64,000 nt of DNA, from positions 38,006,001-38,070,000 of the forward strand of contig NC_043002.1 of assembly GCF_006345805.1 (NCBI RefSeq), written 5' to 3'. This document shows, in pieces, positions 14,401-26,500 of the stretch (the first letter of the stretch is position 1; every line of letters starts with the position of its first letter). The notes under the pieces were generated by a model. The model was not told the origin of the DNA, made no database searches, and worked only from the letters and a program-made list of their open reading frames with translations. Source of the stretch: Octopus sinensis (taxonomy: Eukaryota). A program made the translations under genes and the position numbers.

Positions 14401-15936
14401 ATCGAACCACTTAAACTATCATTTAGTAGATAAATCACTATTGTTGTGTGCTCTTTTCTACTAGTAAAACGAATTTAACAGCGTTTTCTTCATCTCTATT
14501 TAACCATGAATTACGAAAGCCCTATAAAAAAAGGTCCTGAGTATTTCTCTTCATCGCTTTCCATTAAGACTCTGAGTGATGATGAGAGAATATATGACAG
14601 GAACAGTAGTGAATTTCCTTTGTAAAAACAGAAGGAATGAGAATGTAACAGCTGTTAAGCCTATTAGATCTTCAATAACCAGAGGAAAGGTTGGGAGTTC
14701 GTATCGAGGTACTTATGGAGTGGTATTATCGTCTGACACGATATAAATGCCAAACGTGAATAAATAAAACTGTTGGGAGAAATGAAGTGATGTTCTACAG
14801 GTATAGATATTTCGTTGGTGTGCGCTATTATTCTCAACTAGGCTTTTAAAAAGCAGGAATAACTTGCAATGGATACATTACATAAATACGATGTTTTCCT
14901 TCAGTTATAATAGCAAGTCTTTACATTAAGGAATTCACATGCACGCACACGCACATCAACACATGGCCACACGCAAACAGAAACTCACACACATTGCTCT
15001 ATTCTCATGCAAATGCAATAGGCCCTTCACTTTCTATTATGAAAGAAAGAAAAGCAATAAATATCTTTTCATATCAAAATTTCTTTTCAAGCCCTTTATC
15101 TTTGAATACGAAGCCAGAAGGCAAGGACATGAAAATCAATTCTAAGACGGAAATAAACAAAAAGGCACTTGATGAATTTGCTGTTAAACTAGAGTACAAT
15201 GTACTTCATAAATAGTCAGTCCACCTCTGTGATTGACTTTATATTTCGTGACTCCAGGGCCAATGGATAAATCACCGAATTATTGTGATGCAATTTCAAT
15301 CGGCTATTTTCTTCTCGTTTTGAAAATATCATCGCATATATTTTAAAGAAATCTTTAGTAAACGAATTGTCGTACATGCACATACACACACAAACACACA
15401 CAAACAAATACAAAACACACACACATATCTGTATATATACGTACAGATATATATAGACCCCCACATATATATATATATGTATATATGTATATACACATAT
15501 ACATATTTATATAATATAGGTATGGTACAATCCATACCGTCTTCTTCAGAACATCATATTATTACACAATATTTTAATTTAATATGTTGTTGTCGTGAGC
15601 TACAAGTCTGTGATTCCTATTAGCAAATAAAACATGCGTAATGGTAAGTAAATATTACCAAAACATTTTCCAACTTATTGTTTCATTTTGATATATACAT
15701 ACATAAATATATATATATATACATACACATATATTTATTTCACTCTTCTATTTTTCACTTCTTTCAGTCAGTTGACCGAGGCCATGCTGGAAAACAGGGA
15801 CGTAAACACACCAACACCGGTGATGGGTGGAACAAACACACACACAAAGTCACAATATATGGATTCAAATATTTTGAAGAAATTTTCACATTTTGCATTA
15901 TTGCAAGCATGTAAGTAATTCGTTTATTAATAAACA

Positions 15937-16489
15937 CGAGCAAAACGTCGCCCGTGCAATGGACGGTGCTGAGTTGTCAAACAGTTAAACCAAACTTTCG
16001 CAATATAACTTGTCCGACCGTCCCATAGGCCTCCCCTTTGAGAAACACTGATTTAACCTAAATTTGAGACACCAGCAAAAGAAGGAAAGATAGACTGTTT
16101 TTCTATTCCAAAGAAAAACGATTTTATTCACACAAATATGCAACCGAAGAGTTTAAAGCACCAGTAATGATAAGGCTGTTGACTGGGAGAACACAAATGT
16201 GGTTTAAACAGTAAGCTTGGCAGGAAAGAAACGTGTCTTTAATCAGTACAAAAACAACAAAAAATGGAAGGTGCTGGTATGTACAGGTTGACGGAAGAAA
16301 AGCAGGACAAAAAACGGCTTTATCGATCACATTCTCATCTGGAATCGATTTTCGTAATTTTTTCTAAACCTATACATGTCTTGATTCCGTCAGTATCTAC
16401 ATATCAAATTTGAGCACAATCGGATGGAGGATACCCGAGATCCTAGAAGACACACGCACAGACAGACAGAACGGAATTTATATAATAGA
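15937..16489 (-). mobile_element. Degenerate Helitron-like element
   Basis: 5' A|TCTATTATATAAA + (TCTG)n end at 16489; degenerate CCGT..ACGG hairpin and CGAG in place of CTAG at 15937. Confidence 0.5.
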
Positions 16490-17339
16490 TAATAATCTCA
16501 ATTATTTACATGATTTTTTAAAGTTCCGAAACAATTTGTCGCGATATATGAATTTTCTTATTGTTGAATAAAATTTCATCAAACCATTTCTCTGTCATTT
16601 ATGATTTTGTATATATATATATATATCGATGAATAAGTAAGTTAGCATTATCATGATCAAGAACAATCAATTGAAAATGATTATGTTTGTCTTCAGTTCT
16701 AATATGTCTATTAAAGGCATCTATTTCCATTATGACTTTATATAGAGTTTAAGATCCATCAGAGAATATTCTCTTCGCTCTAGTTTATGAGTAATATAAA
16801 TTAATATGAATTTAGTAAATAATTATGAAATATATGATAAATAAATTAAACATGTGAATCATTGATCTAACGTAAAGTAAACTAGTCGAAATTCGCAAAA
16901 GAATTAATCAGTCTGTGAATTCAATAGCTATTACTAGAAAGACGAAGCGTGCTTGAACACTGTTGAATTGCCTATTTATACTTCAGAAATTTATCATCGA
17001 CTACTTAAATGACGACGTAATCAGAGTATAAGTCGCTCTCATCGCCTAAATCAATATGAAATATATGGATTTTCTTTAGTATTCTTTTTACCGGTATTAT
17101 ATTATTCTCCTCGTGTTATAATTACTTTATTTATACGTTTGTTGCTGATAACTGTTGTATAAACAAAGAGGCTACCATCCTGTTTAGTAATAACATCGTT
17201 TAGAAATTCTATTCAATCGCTCCCACCATTTTGTGAATGCCTTTATGTTATTTATTAATTGTTATGAAAAATTATTAGAATGACAAATATTATAAACATA
17301 ATACTATCATTTACGTAATATGATTAGATATACCCCAGT

Positions 17340-18055
17340 ATGCAACTGCAAATTTATCGACCCAGAAAGGATGAAAGGCAAAGCCGACCTTGGCAGATTT
17401 TGAACTCAGAACGTAAAGACAGATGAAATACCTATTTCTTTACTACCCACAAGGGGCTAAACACACAGGGACAAACAAGGACAGATAAACGGATTAATTT
17501 GACCCTAGGGCGTAACTGGTACTTATTTAATCGACTCCGAAAGGATGAAAGGCAAAGTCGACCTCAGTGGAATTTGAACTCAGAACGTAACGGCAGACGA
17601 ATACCCACAAGGGGCTAAACACAGAGTGGACAAACAAGGACAGACACACGGATTAAGTCGATTATATAGGCCCCAATGCATAACAGGTACTTAACTTATC
17701 GACCCCGAAAGGATGAAAGGCTAAGACCTCGGTGGAATTTGAACTCAGAACGTAACGGCAGACGAAATACCACTAAGCATCTCGCTCGGCGTGCTAACGT
17801 TTCTGCCATCTCGCCACCTTTATAACCTGTCAATGGTCTTTTCTGCTCTAGGAATAATGCCCGAAATTTTGGAGGAGGGGGCCAGCCGACTAGATCAACT
17901 CCAGTACGTAACTGGTACTTAATTTATCGATCCCGAAAGGATGAATGGCAAAGTCGACCTCGGCGGAATTTGAACTCAGGACGTAAAGAAAGACGAAATA
18001 TAGCTAATCATTTAGCCTGCCGTGCTTATGTTTCTGCCAAGACGCCGCCTTTTTA
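17340..18055 (-). repeat. Four tandem units of tRNA-derived SINE family A
   Basis: Core ATCGA..CCGAAAGGATGAAAGGC..TTTGAACTCAG recurs at 17356, 17530, 17698 and 17926; A-box- and B-box-like motifs on the minus strand. Confidence 0.85.
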
Positions 18056-18509
18056 ATCTCTCAATATTAAAGAAACCAAAGTAACAGTGAATTACTGACA
18101 TCGATATAATGTACTGTTGCTCCCCTGTTCAAGTACCCATATTAGTTATTGTTGTGAGGTTATATATACACGAAATCGTTGCACTGAATATAAATAATTA
18201 CTTTCGGGTTCTTTCGTTCGAACTGAGCCCCAACTGGTGTAAATCTATCACTCTGGAATCAATAAATATCCGATATCGTCGCTATGATAGAAAATATTAT
18301 TTTAATTGGTGAATGTTACATCTATAGTTTTAATCAAATTTACATTGATATTCAGTGCCTTTCTTGTCCTATCGAAATAGCGGGTTATCTGAGGCAACAT
18401 CGAAATCGTACAGTGATTAATGGAGCAGGTATATCAGGTCACGAAGTTGAAACGATTTGCGTATATATAAATGCATACGTATGTATGTATGTATGTATGT
18501 ATGTATGTA

Positions 18510-18675
18510 TTGTCGCAGGTTGTGAGGTAAGAAGTTTGCTTCCAGGCCACATGGTTCCGGGTTCAGCTCCATTGGGACATCTTGGGCACGTGTCTTCTAC
18601 CAAAGCCTCGGGACACATAATCCCTTATGAGTGTATTTGGTAGAGGCAAACTGTAAGAAGTTTGTCGTATTTATA
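18510..18675 (+). mobile_element. Family B SINE 5' part
   Basis: CCACATGGTTCCGGGTTCAG..GTGTCTTCTAC..ATTTGGTAGAGGCAAACTG. Confidence 0.75.
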
Positions 18676-18750
18676 GACATACACACATACATACCTGCAT
18701 ACAGATATACATATATACATCCATGCATAGACACATGTACACATACTCAC

Positions 18751-18816
<66 letters not shown>

Positions 18817-18859
18817 ATATATTTATGTATATATATATATATATATATATACATATATA

Positions 18860-19260
18860 TGAAAAAACAAGTCAAAATAGAAAATGCTAAAATAATTTTA
18901 TAAAGAACATTTCAGTACCGGTTTCGGTCATTTTGAGACCTTTTCAACTGTAACGATTAAATAATTAAATTTAGAAAAATTAGAAGAAAAGTTTTTTTAA
19001 AGGAATATTTGTATAGTGTTCAAATATAAGTGGCATTCTGCCTTTCTCTGTCTCCCTTGTTTGCACTTGTGTGTTCGAGGTAGTTGTGAATTCTTGGTAG
19101 GGTAGAAGAAGAAGAAGGCTGATGAGGAGAGGGGGTGGGAAAATCTGGGAGTGCCCTGATGGTCGTATTTTGAATGGTCAGTGGCGGCTAGCAGTCGCAG
19201 TTCAATTCAGGAGAATATTTCTAATGAAAGGTTTGTTTATGGAATTTGCGTAGGTGTTAT
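18860..19260 (-). mobile_element. Short (TA)n-embedded element, probably a Penelope-like terminal repeat
   Basis: The 18860-18935 end recurs inverted at 47134-47215; contains a hammerhead-like fold. Family assignment is inference. Confidence 0.5.
18913..18950 (-). ncRNA. Putative minimal type I hammerhead ribozyme (U3:A8 core variant)
   Basis: CAG-UUGAAAA-GGUC(UCAAAAU)GACC-GAAA-CCG-GUA-CUG: stems I and II pair, palindromic stem III ACCGGU, GUA cleavage triplet. Confidence 0.6.
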
Positions 19261-19289
19261 ACTAAAAAGCATTAGTGATAAAGTTAAGA

Positions 19290-19594
<305 letters not shown>

Positions 19595-20664
19595 TTCAAC
19601 AATTGAGGGCAAAATTAATTAATTATTAATCAATTTCACCAAGTGTTCAGTATGCAAAGGGACCATTCAAGGCGAATTCAAATTATTACATTATATAAAA
19701 GGGCTTAGTAAAATAAATTACTTTGCCGCATACTGAACTCATTAGAAATAGCAGCTAAAAAACTTTTTTAAAGCTATTTCTAATACTTAAAGAAAATCTC
19801 TCTCATATATAGTGTTTGCTTAATTCAACTCACATATATATGTATATGTATATAAAGAGAGAGAGTCAGACAGATAGAGAGTGAGAGAGAGACAGGTCAT
19901 CATTAACTAATACTTAATTTTTTATTTTATCTAACTTTTCATGCAAGTTTGAATGATATAAAATATTGAAATATGAAAGTGAAGTGCAAAAAAAGCAAAA
20001 AAAAAAAAAAACGAAAAGAAAAGACAGAAACTATTCTGAAATAACTTTAAAAACAGTTAGAAACTTTTAAACGTTTACCAAAAATTTCAAAGGTATAATA
20101 AAATAATGAAATGAAATTTTACTTTGATATGTTCCCCTTGCTATACATGAAACATGTCTCGTTTAAGTCACCTTTATTTATTTTATTTTTGCTTTGCAAT
20201 TATAATTGCAGTAATAATATTGTCGTCACAGCGAAAGCCAACGGTAGACATAGGGACGAAAACTGACATAAACGTGTTTTTTTTCTTTTTCTTTTAAACG
20301 GTGATAAACGTGAGGATGGGTGCTTATAGCATTGAATAAATGCTTCTGTAGCATGAGTCATGTACGTTGAGCAACTTGGTGTAAGTCAAAGCAATATTTT
20401 ATGAAAATATATAAAAATTGGAGTTTTTCATATCTTGCTATCGTTTTAGACAGATCCAAATATTTTTGCTTAGAATATAGAACTCTGTTTATCATACCAT
20501 TACATATATGGAAATGTGGGTGTATATGTGTGCGTGCCTGTAACATATAAAACTTATATAAATTTATTAAATACATATAATATATACTTGTATACAATTC
20601 ATATGTACGCATGTATGTATGTATTGTATGTATACATATATGTTTGTGAATATATGCATATATA

Positions 20665-21040
20665 TGTACATAACATTAATAAGAAGAATGGAGATTTGCA
20701 CATTGATGATTCATTTTACAGTTATATACAACATATTACCTTGACCTACAAGGGTTTCCAAGGCAGGAGTAAACTCTAGGTCAAGTTCTTATAAATAGCA
20801 ACACCCCTACCTTCTACTGAACACTAAACAACAAACACTTACTTTGAGTTTAATTCGAAGCGGACTCGGTTACAGAACCTCATGAAACTATACTGACAAT
20901 ATGACAAGGTTGCATCTACGACAGTGTGCAGTCGCTGCAGTGGAAAGACGTGTAGGTCATAGCAGCATTCTGTAAATAACTGTAAAATAAATTATCGGTG
21001 CACGAATCTCCATACTTCTTATTACTAATGTTATGTTACA
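20665..21040. mobile_element. TG...CA element with ~40-bp imperfect terminal inverted repeats (MITE or solo-LTR-like)
   Basis: TGTACATAACATTAATAAGAAGAATGGAGATTTGCAC matches the reverse complement of GTGCACGAATCTCCATACTTCTTATTACTAATGTTATGTTACA. Confidence 0.7.
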
Positions 21041-21189
21041 CTCTACGGAACCTTTGCAGTTATGAGCAGGACACACAGAATTACCCAACGAGAAAATTTT
21101 GAAAATGCTTCACATTCTTAAACACACTTAACGTACCGATTCCAGAAATTTAATCGAACGTATGGACTCTAGTACTTAAGTAACTTTCA

Positions 21190-21640
21190 TAATTTAGATA
21201 TTTTGCAACCAAATATTGAGCGAGGCCATTTCTAACTCAATAGCGCCATCTGATATGAGGTGTTAAGTCAATTTAAAGTGAAGTTTTATAGTATTATGGA
21301 CTATTCAGGTAGGGAGCTGTTGTTGACTGAAGTGTATTCAGTTATAGATGGCTTGTCAGCTATCCCTAGAAGAAATATGTCCAGATTTCACTTGAAGGTG
21401 ATGAGATCTTTTTCTTCTATTATTAGCTTTGGGATAATGTTAAGTATAGCAGGGCCTGCTGAGCAAAAGAAATCGTTTTGCAGTGAGTTTATATGCTATG
21501 AGTTAGAATTGTTTAGGGAGCGCATGACACATGACCTCAACCTTGGATGAATTCTGAATCTGATGTTAAAGTCTTTTGGGCAATGCTAGTAGTATATTTA
21601 CCACATTGTGCAAAAGAGGTAGCGCTCACGGCGGCGCTGG
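21190..21640 (-). mobile_element. CR1/L2-like LINE 3' fragment
   Basis: FFCSAGPAILNIIPK...LITFK*NLDIFLLGIADKP matches the CR1/L2-type C-terminal FK..LD.FL..I.D.P pattern. Confidence 0.7.
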
Positions 21641-21803
21641 AAGGGTATTAAAACAAACTAAATTTTTTATTCTATCGTTTTATTCTATGTATTTAAATGT
21701 ATGAAAATAAGAATATAAATATGTTTCCACAGAATAAATGTTTTTGTTATTATACTTTAACTGAACATATATTGTTGCACATATTCATAAGTTAAGTTTC
21801 ACA

Positions 21804-21963
<160 letters not shown>

Positions 21964-21967
21964 TGTT

Positions 21968-22018
<51 letters not shown>

Positions 22019-22064
22019 TATATGCGTGTTTGTATAAATATATATAACATAATATATGCATGCG

Positions 22065-22096
<32 letters not shown>

Positions 22097-22688
22097 CACG
22101 AAACTTGAGCCCCTTTGAAAATCCAACGTGTGTTGGAACAATCATGTGCCAAGAATTCACAATTATTGGAAAAACCAAAACAAATGAGAAATGAATGAAA
22201 AATAACTGAAAAATAAAAACATGAAGTAAAGAACTAAAGAAATAACTATAAGATTGGGGAATAAACTCAAAAACACACTGCCAGCAGCAACTGCAGCGGA
22301 GCCAACCACAGCATCGTTTCCAATACCACCGCTACCAATGGAAAATCAACTCCAACAATAACATCAAATTGTATGTCTGCGTGTATGTATATATGTATCT
22401 GTGTATATGTGAGTTTGTGTTTGTCTATGTGTGTGCGTGTGTGACTGTGTAATTGTTCTGGCGAAATTCGAAACATTCCTTTCGTTACTTGAAACTATTA
22501 AAATACTTAAAGAAACACTAGCAATGGAAGTGGAGTTTTCTTTCAATCGAGCTGGATAGGTGAGACTAAAATTTATTGAAAGAGAATAAGAAAAGACAGA
22601 AGTGAATAGGAAACAGACGAAAATCTTGATATGTGAAACAATAATACAGACAGTTCCACATGGGCTTACCTAAATATGGAGGCATGCT

Positions 22689-22793
<105 letters not shown>

Positions 22794-22967
22794 ATATGAG
22801 CGTGTGTATGTATGTGTGTATATCTATATATACGTAAGTGTGTATGATTCTAGATGGAAGTAGTTGTGGCCGAACGCTTCGGAAGTTATCTTTGCAGCCA
22901 TGGGATTCCCTGTTGTAGTCAGCTCTGAAGTTATTTGGGTGATTTGGTGTTTTTTTAAACTTTAGTC

Positions 22968-23285
22968 CAAGGGTTCTCAATCATTTCTATGGACCCCTTT
23001 GATTACTGTTTTATTCTGGTGGACCCCCATAGCCATTCGATGATTAAAAATTAATTTTATAGAAACTCCTTTCAAAATTCCTGATTTGTTGTTTTCCACA
23101 CATTAATTTGTATAGGTTGAAGCATATTAAATGTTAGAGAAACATAGATGTTTCTTGCATACCAATACGTACATCTGAAGTAAAATTCTTTCAGAGGCCC
23201 TTAAAATACTATTGCAAATCACCAATTTATTATTTTGTTGAATGGACGCCAAAACATCTTACATGCCCCCCAGTTTAGAACCAAG
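22968..23285. mobile_element. Degenerate hAT-type MITE
   Basis: CAAGGGTTCTCAA start, internal TGGACCCC motifs, CCCCCAGTTTAGAACC end; no clear TSD. Confidence 0.4.
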
Positions 23286-23515
23286 ATTTTTCAGTGATAT
23301 CATGTTGACGGAAATTGCTTGGAATCTCAGCAGGACTGTATTGTACTTGTAATTCAAAGTGGTCGCATTGTCACACGTACTTTCTCTTATAATTCTTTCT
23401 TTATAATTACATGAGCGAGAATGCATCGGTGAAATTGTTATACACTTACATTTCAAAAGGTTAGTCGTTCCGCTGATCGAATAATTAGAAGAATCTCTTC
23501 CAAAACTGAAGGATA

Positions 23516-23552
<37 letters not shown>

Positions 23553-26500
23553 GCACACACACAAGGACTCACGTATATGCAACGTCATATACATATATGA
23601 TGGATATAACGAAATGGCAATGAGAGCAGAAAAGATGAGGAATACATTTAACAGTGTGTAGCGTTTAGCTCATATTTTAATTTTTTTCTCCTAACTCTCT
23701 TATTCTCTTCAAGCGATACTGCCGTTACTTTTTGTATTGTAGATATATTAGGAAGTAATGGGTAGAAAAGCAGGCATTATGAAAGAAAGGGGAGATAAAG
23801 CAGATATTTGAAAAGAGAGAGAAAATAATGAAAGATGGAGGAGAAAGATAAAGTTTTCGTTCAAATTCACTTAAGAAAAGAAAACGAGATTGATTAAAGA
23901 AGCAGGATTGATGAGAAATATTAGAAAAGGTTCCTCATGATGAAGGAAGTGAAATAAAAGGGAAAAAAACTTGAGAACAAAAGAAAGAAACAACATAGCA
24001 TAGATCCAAAATATGAAGAAAAGAGAAATGAGAAATTCACAGAGCGACAGATGATGTAACAGATAAAACTAGGCAGAGAAGAAGAGTTTTGAGAAGTGGT
24101 ACTGACATCGATTAAAGAGGGGGAGAGGGAGAGAGAGAGAGGGAGAGAAAATGGGAAAAAAAAGAATGATAGAATGGGTTCTAAGCAGCAAAAGAATGAG
24201 GCAAATGTGAAAAAGAGAAATCGAAGTGACAAAAATAATGAGAGAAATGTTGGAATATGTACTTGTTCGTGCATGTGTGTATGTTTGTGTATATGTGTGT
24301 GTGTGTATTTATGTGTGTAAGAGAAAGAGAGAGAGAGAGGGATTAACAAGCTATGATAAATTGGATAGAAAACTTAAAAGAAAGCGAGATAAAATTCGGT
24401 GAAGGAAGGAATGGTAAGATAAACTTGATAATAGAAAAATAGAAAAGAGACGAGAGTATGAGAAAGTGAATAAGGAGTTAAAATGAAATAGGAATAAAGA
24501 AAGTAAATGTTATCAAGAGATAGAGAGAAGGCATGGGAGAGTAAAGAGTAAGCAGGGAAAGAGTGAGTGTCTCCATAAACAACCTGAAATAAAATAGAAA
24601 TGTTAAAGCGATGAAGCAAGAACGAGAGAGATTTGGGAGAGGTAGAGAAAAAAGGAAGAAGAAAAATAAGGATCGTCACTGAGAAAAAGTATGGTGAGCA
24701 TAAAAGAGGAAAATTTAGTTAAGGTGTGAAAGGGTGGGGTAGTAGTTTAAGTATGAAATAAAGATTGCGATATAGTGAAAGTGTAATGATAAAGGAGAAC
24801 ATCAATAGGCTTTTTCGCCCCTGATGGTTTGCCTTGAATGAAAGGGAGATAACGATGTGAGAAACGATGATAGCAATGCAATTAAATAAATAAATAAATG
24901 AATGGGAGGGGATGAAGAAGAAGAAGCTAAATTAATCACAATTCTTTCAAAAGTGTTACGCAATAAACGTTTTTGTCGACTGAATACAAATGATGAGACA
25001 CAGTGTCACTGATTTGACTCTAACCTAATTGTAGCGGCTACAGAAAAATGATCAGGCAAAATCTTAAAGGATAGAATATCAGTTTGGCTCTTACGGCCAA
25101 ATACCATTAAGTTTCAATAAATTTCACTGACAATATTTCTGCCAGCTTCAGAGAATGGCCACGATAAAATCACGTGAGATACTATTGTTTTTAACTAACA
25201 CAAACACATTAAAAGAAAGCAAGTGTTGATATTTGGCGCAGGAAATATTTTTCGCGTTCATTGTTGACTTAAATGATTGTTATATGTAAGATAACTGCCT
25301 GGCAAAGATTTACAGTACTTTTAAATTCTATGAAGAAAAATCTATAAAACTCAGTACAGTTGACTGGCATTATTTAGTTTTACTACACAAAATGGCACAA
25401 TAAAATTGTGTGAAATCTGGCAAACTTCTGAGAAATGTTATGAAGCGTGGACCTAACCCGAAAGTCTGTATCTCGATAAATCTAATAACTTAAAAAAGAG
25501 AAAATGTTCTAGTATAACCAATTAAACTGACTGTCAGTTGAATAGTTTTATTAGCTACAAGAATGAACCTGTTGTATCAATTAAAGCGTAACTGAATTGA
25601 TTGACAATTACCTGCTATAGAAAGTGATGTCTAACATCCCGTGAAATCCAATAAATTTCACTATAAATGAAGATTTCTTTGTTGCTTCTAAGGATAATCT
25701 CTTGATCAGTTGACTTGTTGACATAGAATCGTTCAGATTAGAGTCTTAACAGCCCAGGAGAACGAGTGAAGAGGAGATGGAACATGAAAGAAAAACATAC
25801 ATCCGATTACATTTAGCAGATTTGATCCGAATGTCAAGTGGCAAGCATAAAAATAGAATTAAATAAACTTTGAAATATTCTCCTTCTGATGGAGATTGAT
25901 CAAACCACTATCATTTCATCTAGGTTTTCATGATATGCTTGACATATAACCTAAATATTGTATGTGATTTTTCTATGCAGTGATTTGAAAATTCAGGAGT
26001 GTGGGATTTGTCACAAACAATTTTACAGTCTATCTGCGTTTTACATAACCTTTGGATTATCTACTACTCTCAGACAACCATTTCTTTAATGTGCTGTTAG
26101 TCTTTACATTCACATCACTTTTTCTTGAAACTCCACTGTCCTACAGTAGAAGGCCGAGGAAAATTAGTCAGAATGTAAAACGTTAGATATGTCTACGTTT
26201 CCTTTCAGTTACGTCATGCATGCATAATTTTAAAGATTGCCTTCGCCAGCATATTTCAAGGCACATATTTCACTCTATTTTAATAAGAAAGAAACGTACC
26301 TATCAATTCTATTTTCAGAATTATTTGAGACTGATGTGTGGAAAGGAAACAGTTATCCTTAAAGTTGAGACCTGTCTCGAACACTTTTAGCGCGAAAAAT
26401 ACTTTCTACCACAAATTCAGAGATCAAAGAACCAGAACAAATATCTTTTGGTATCTCGACAGACATTTTAATTATTTGACCCCTATTCATTTTATCACTT

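Noticed and set aside
22275-22375. Q/S/T-rich stretch open in several frames
   Set aside because: Degenerate CAG/CAA trinucleotide sequence with no splice or domain support.
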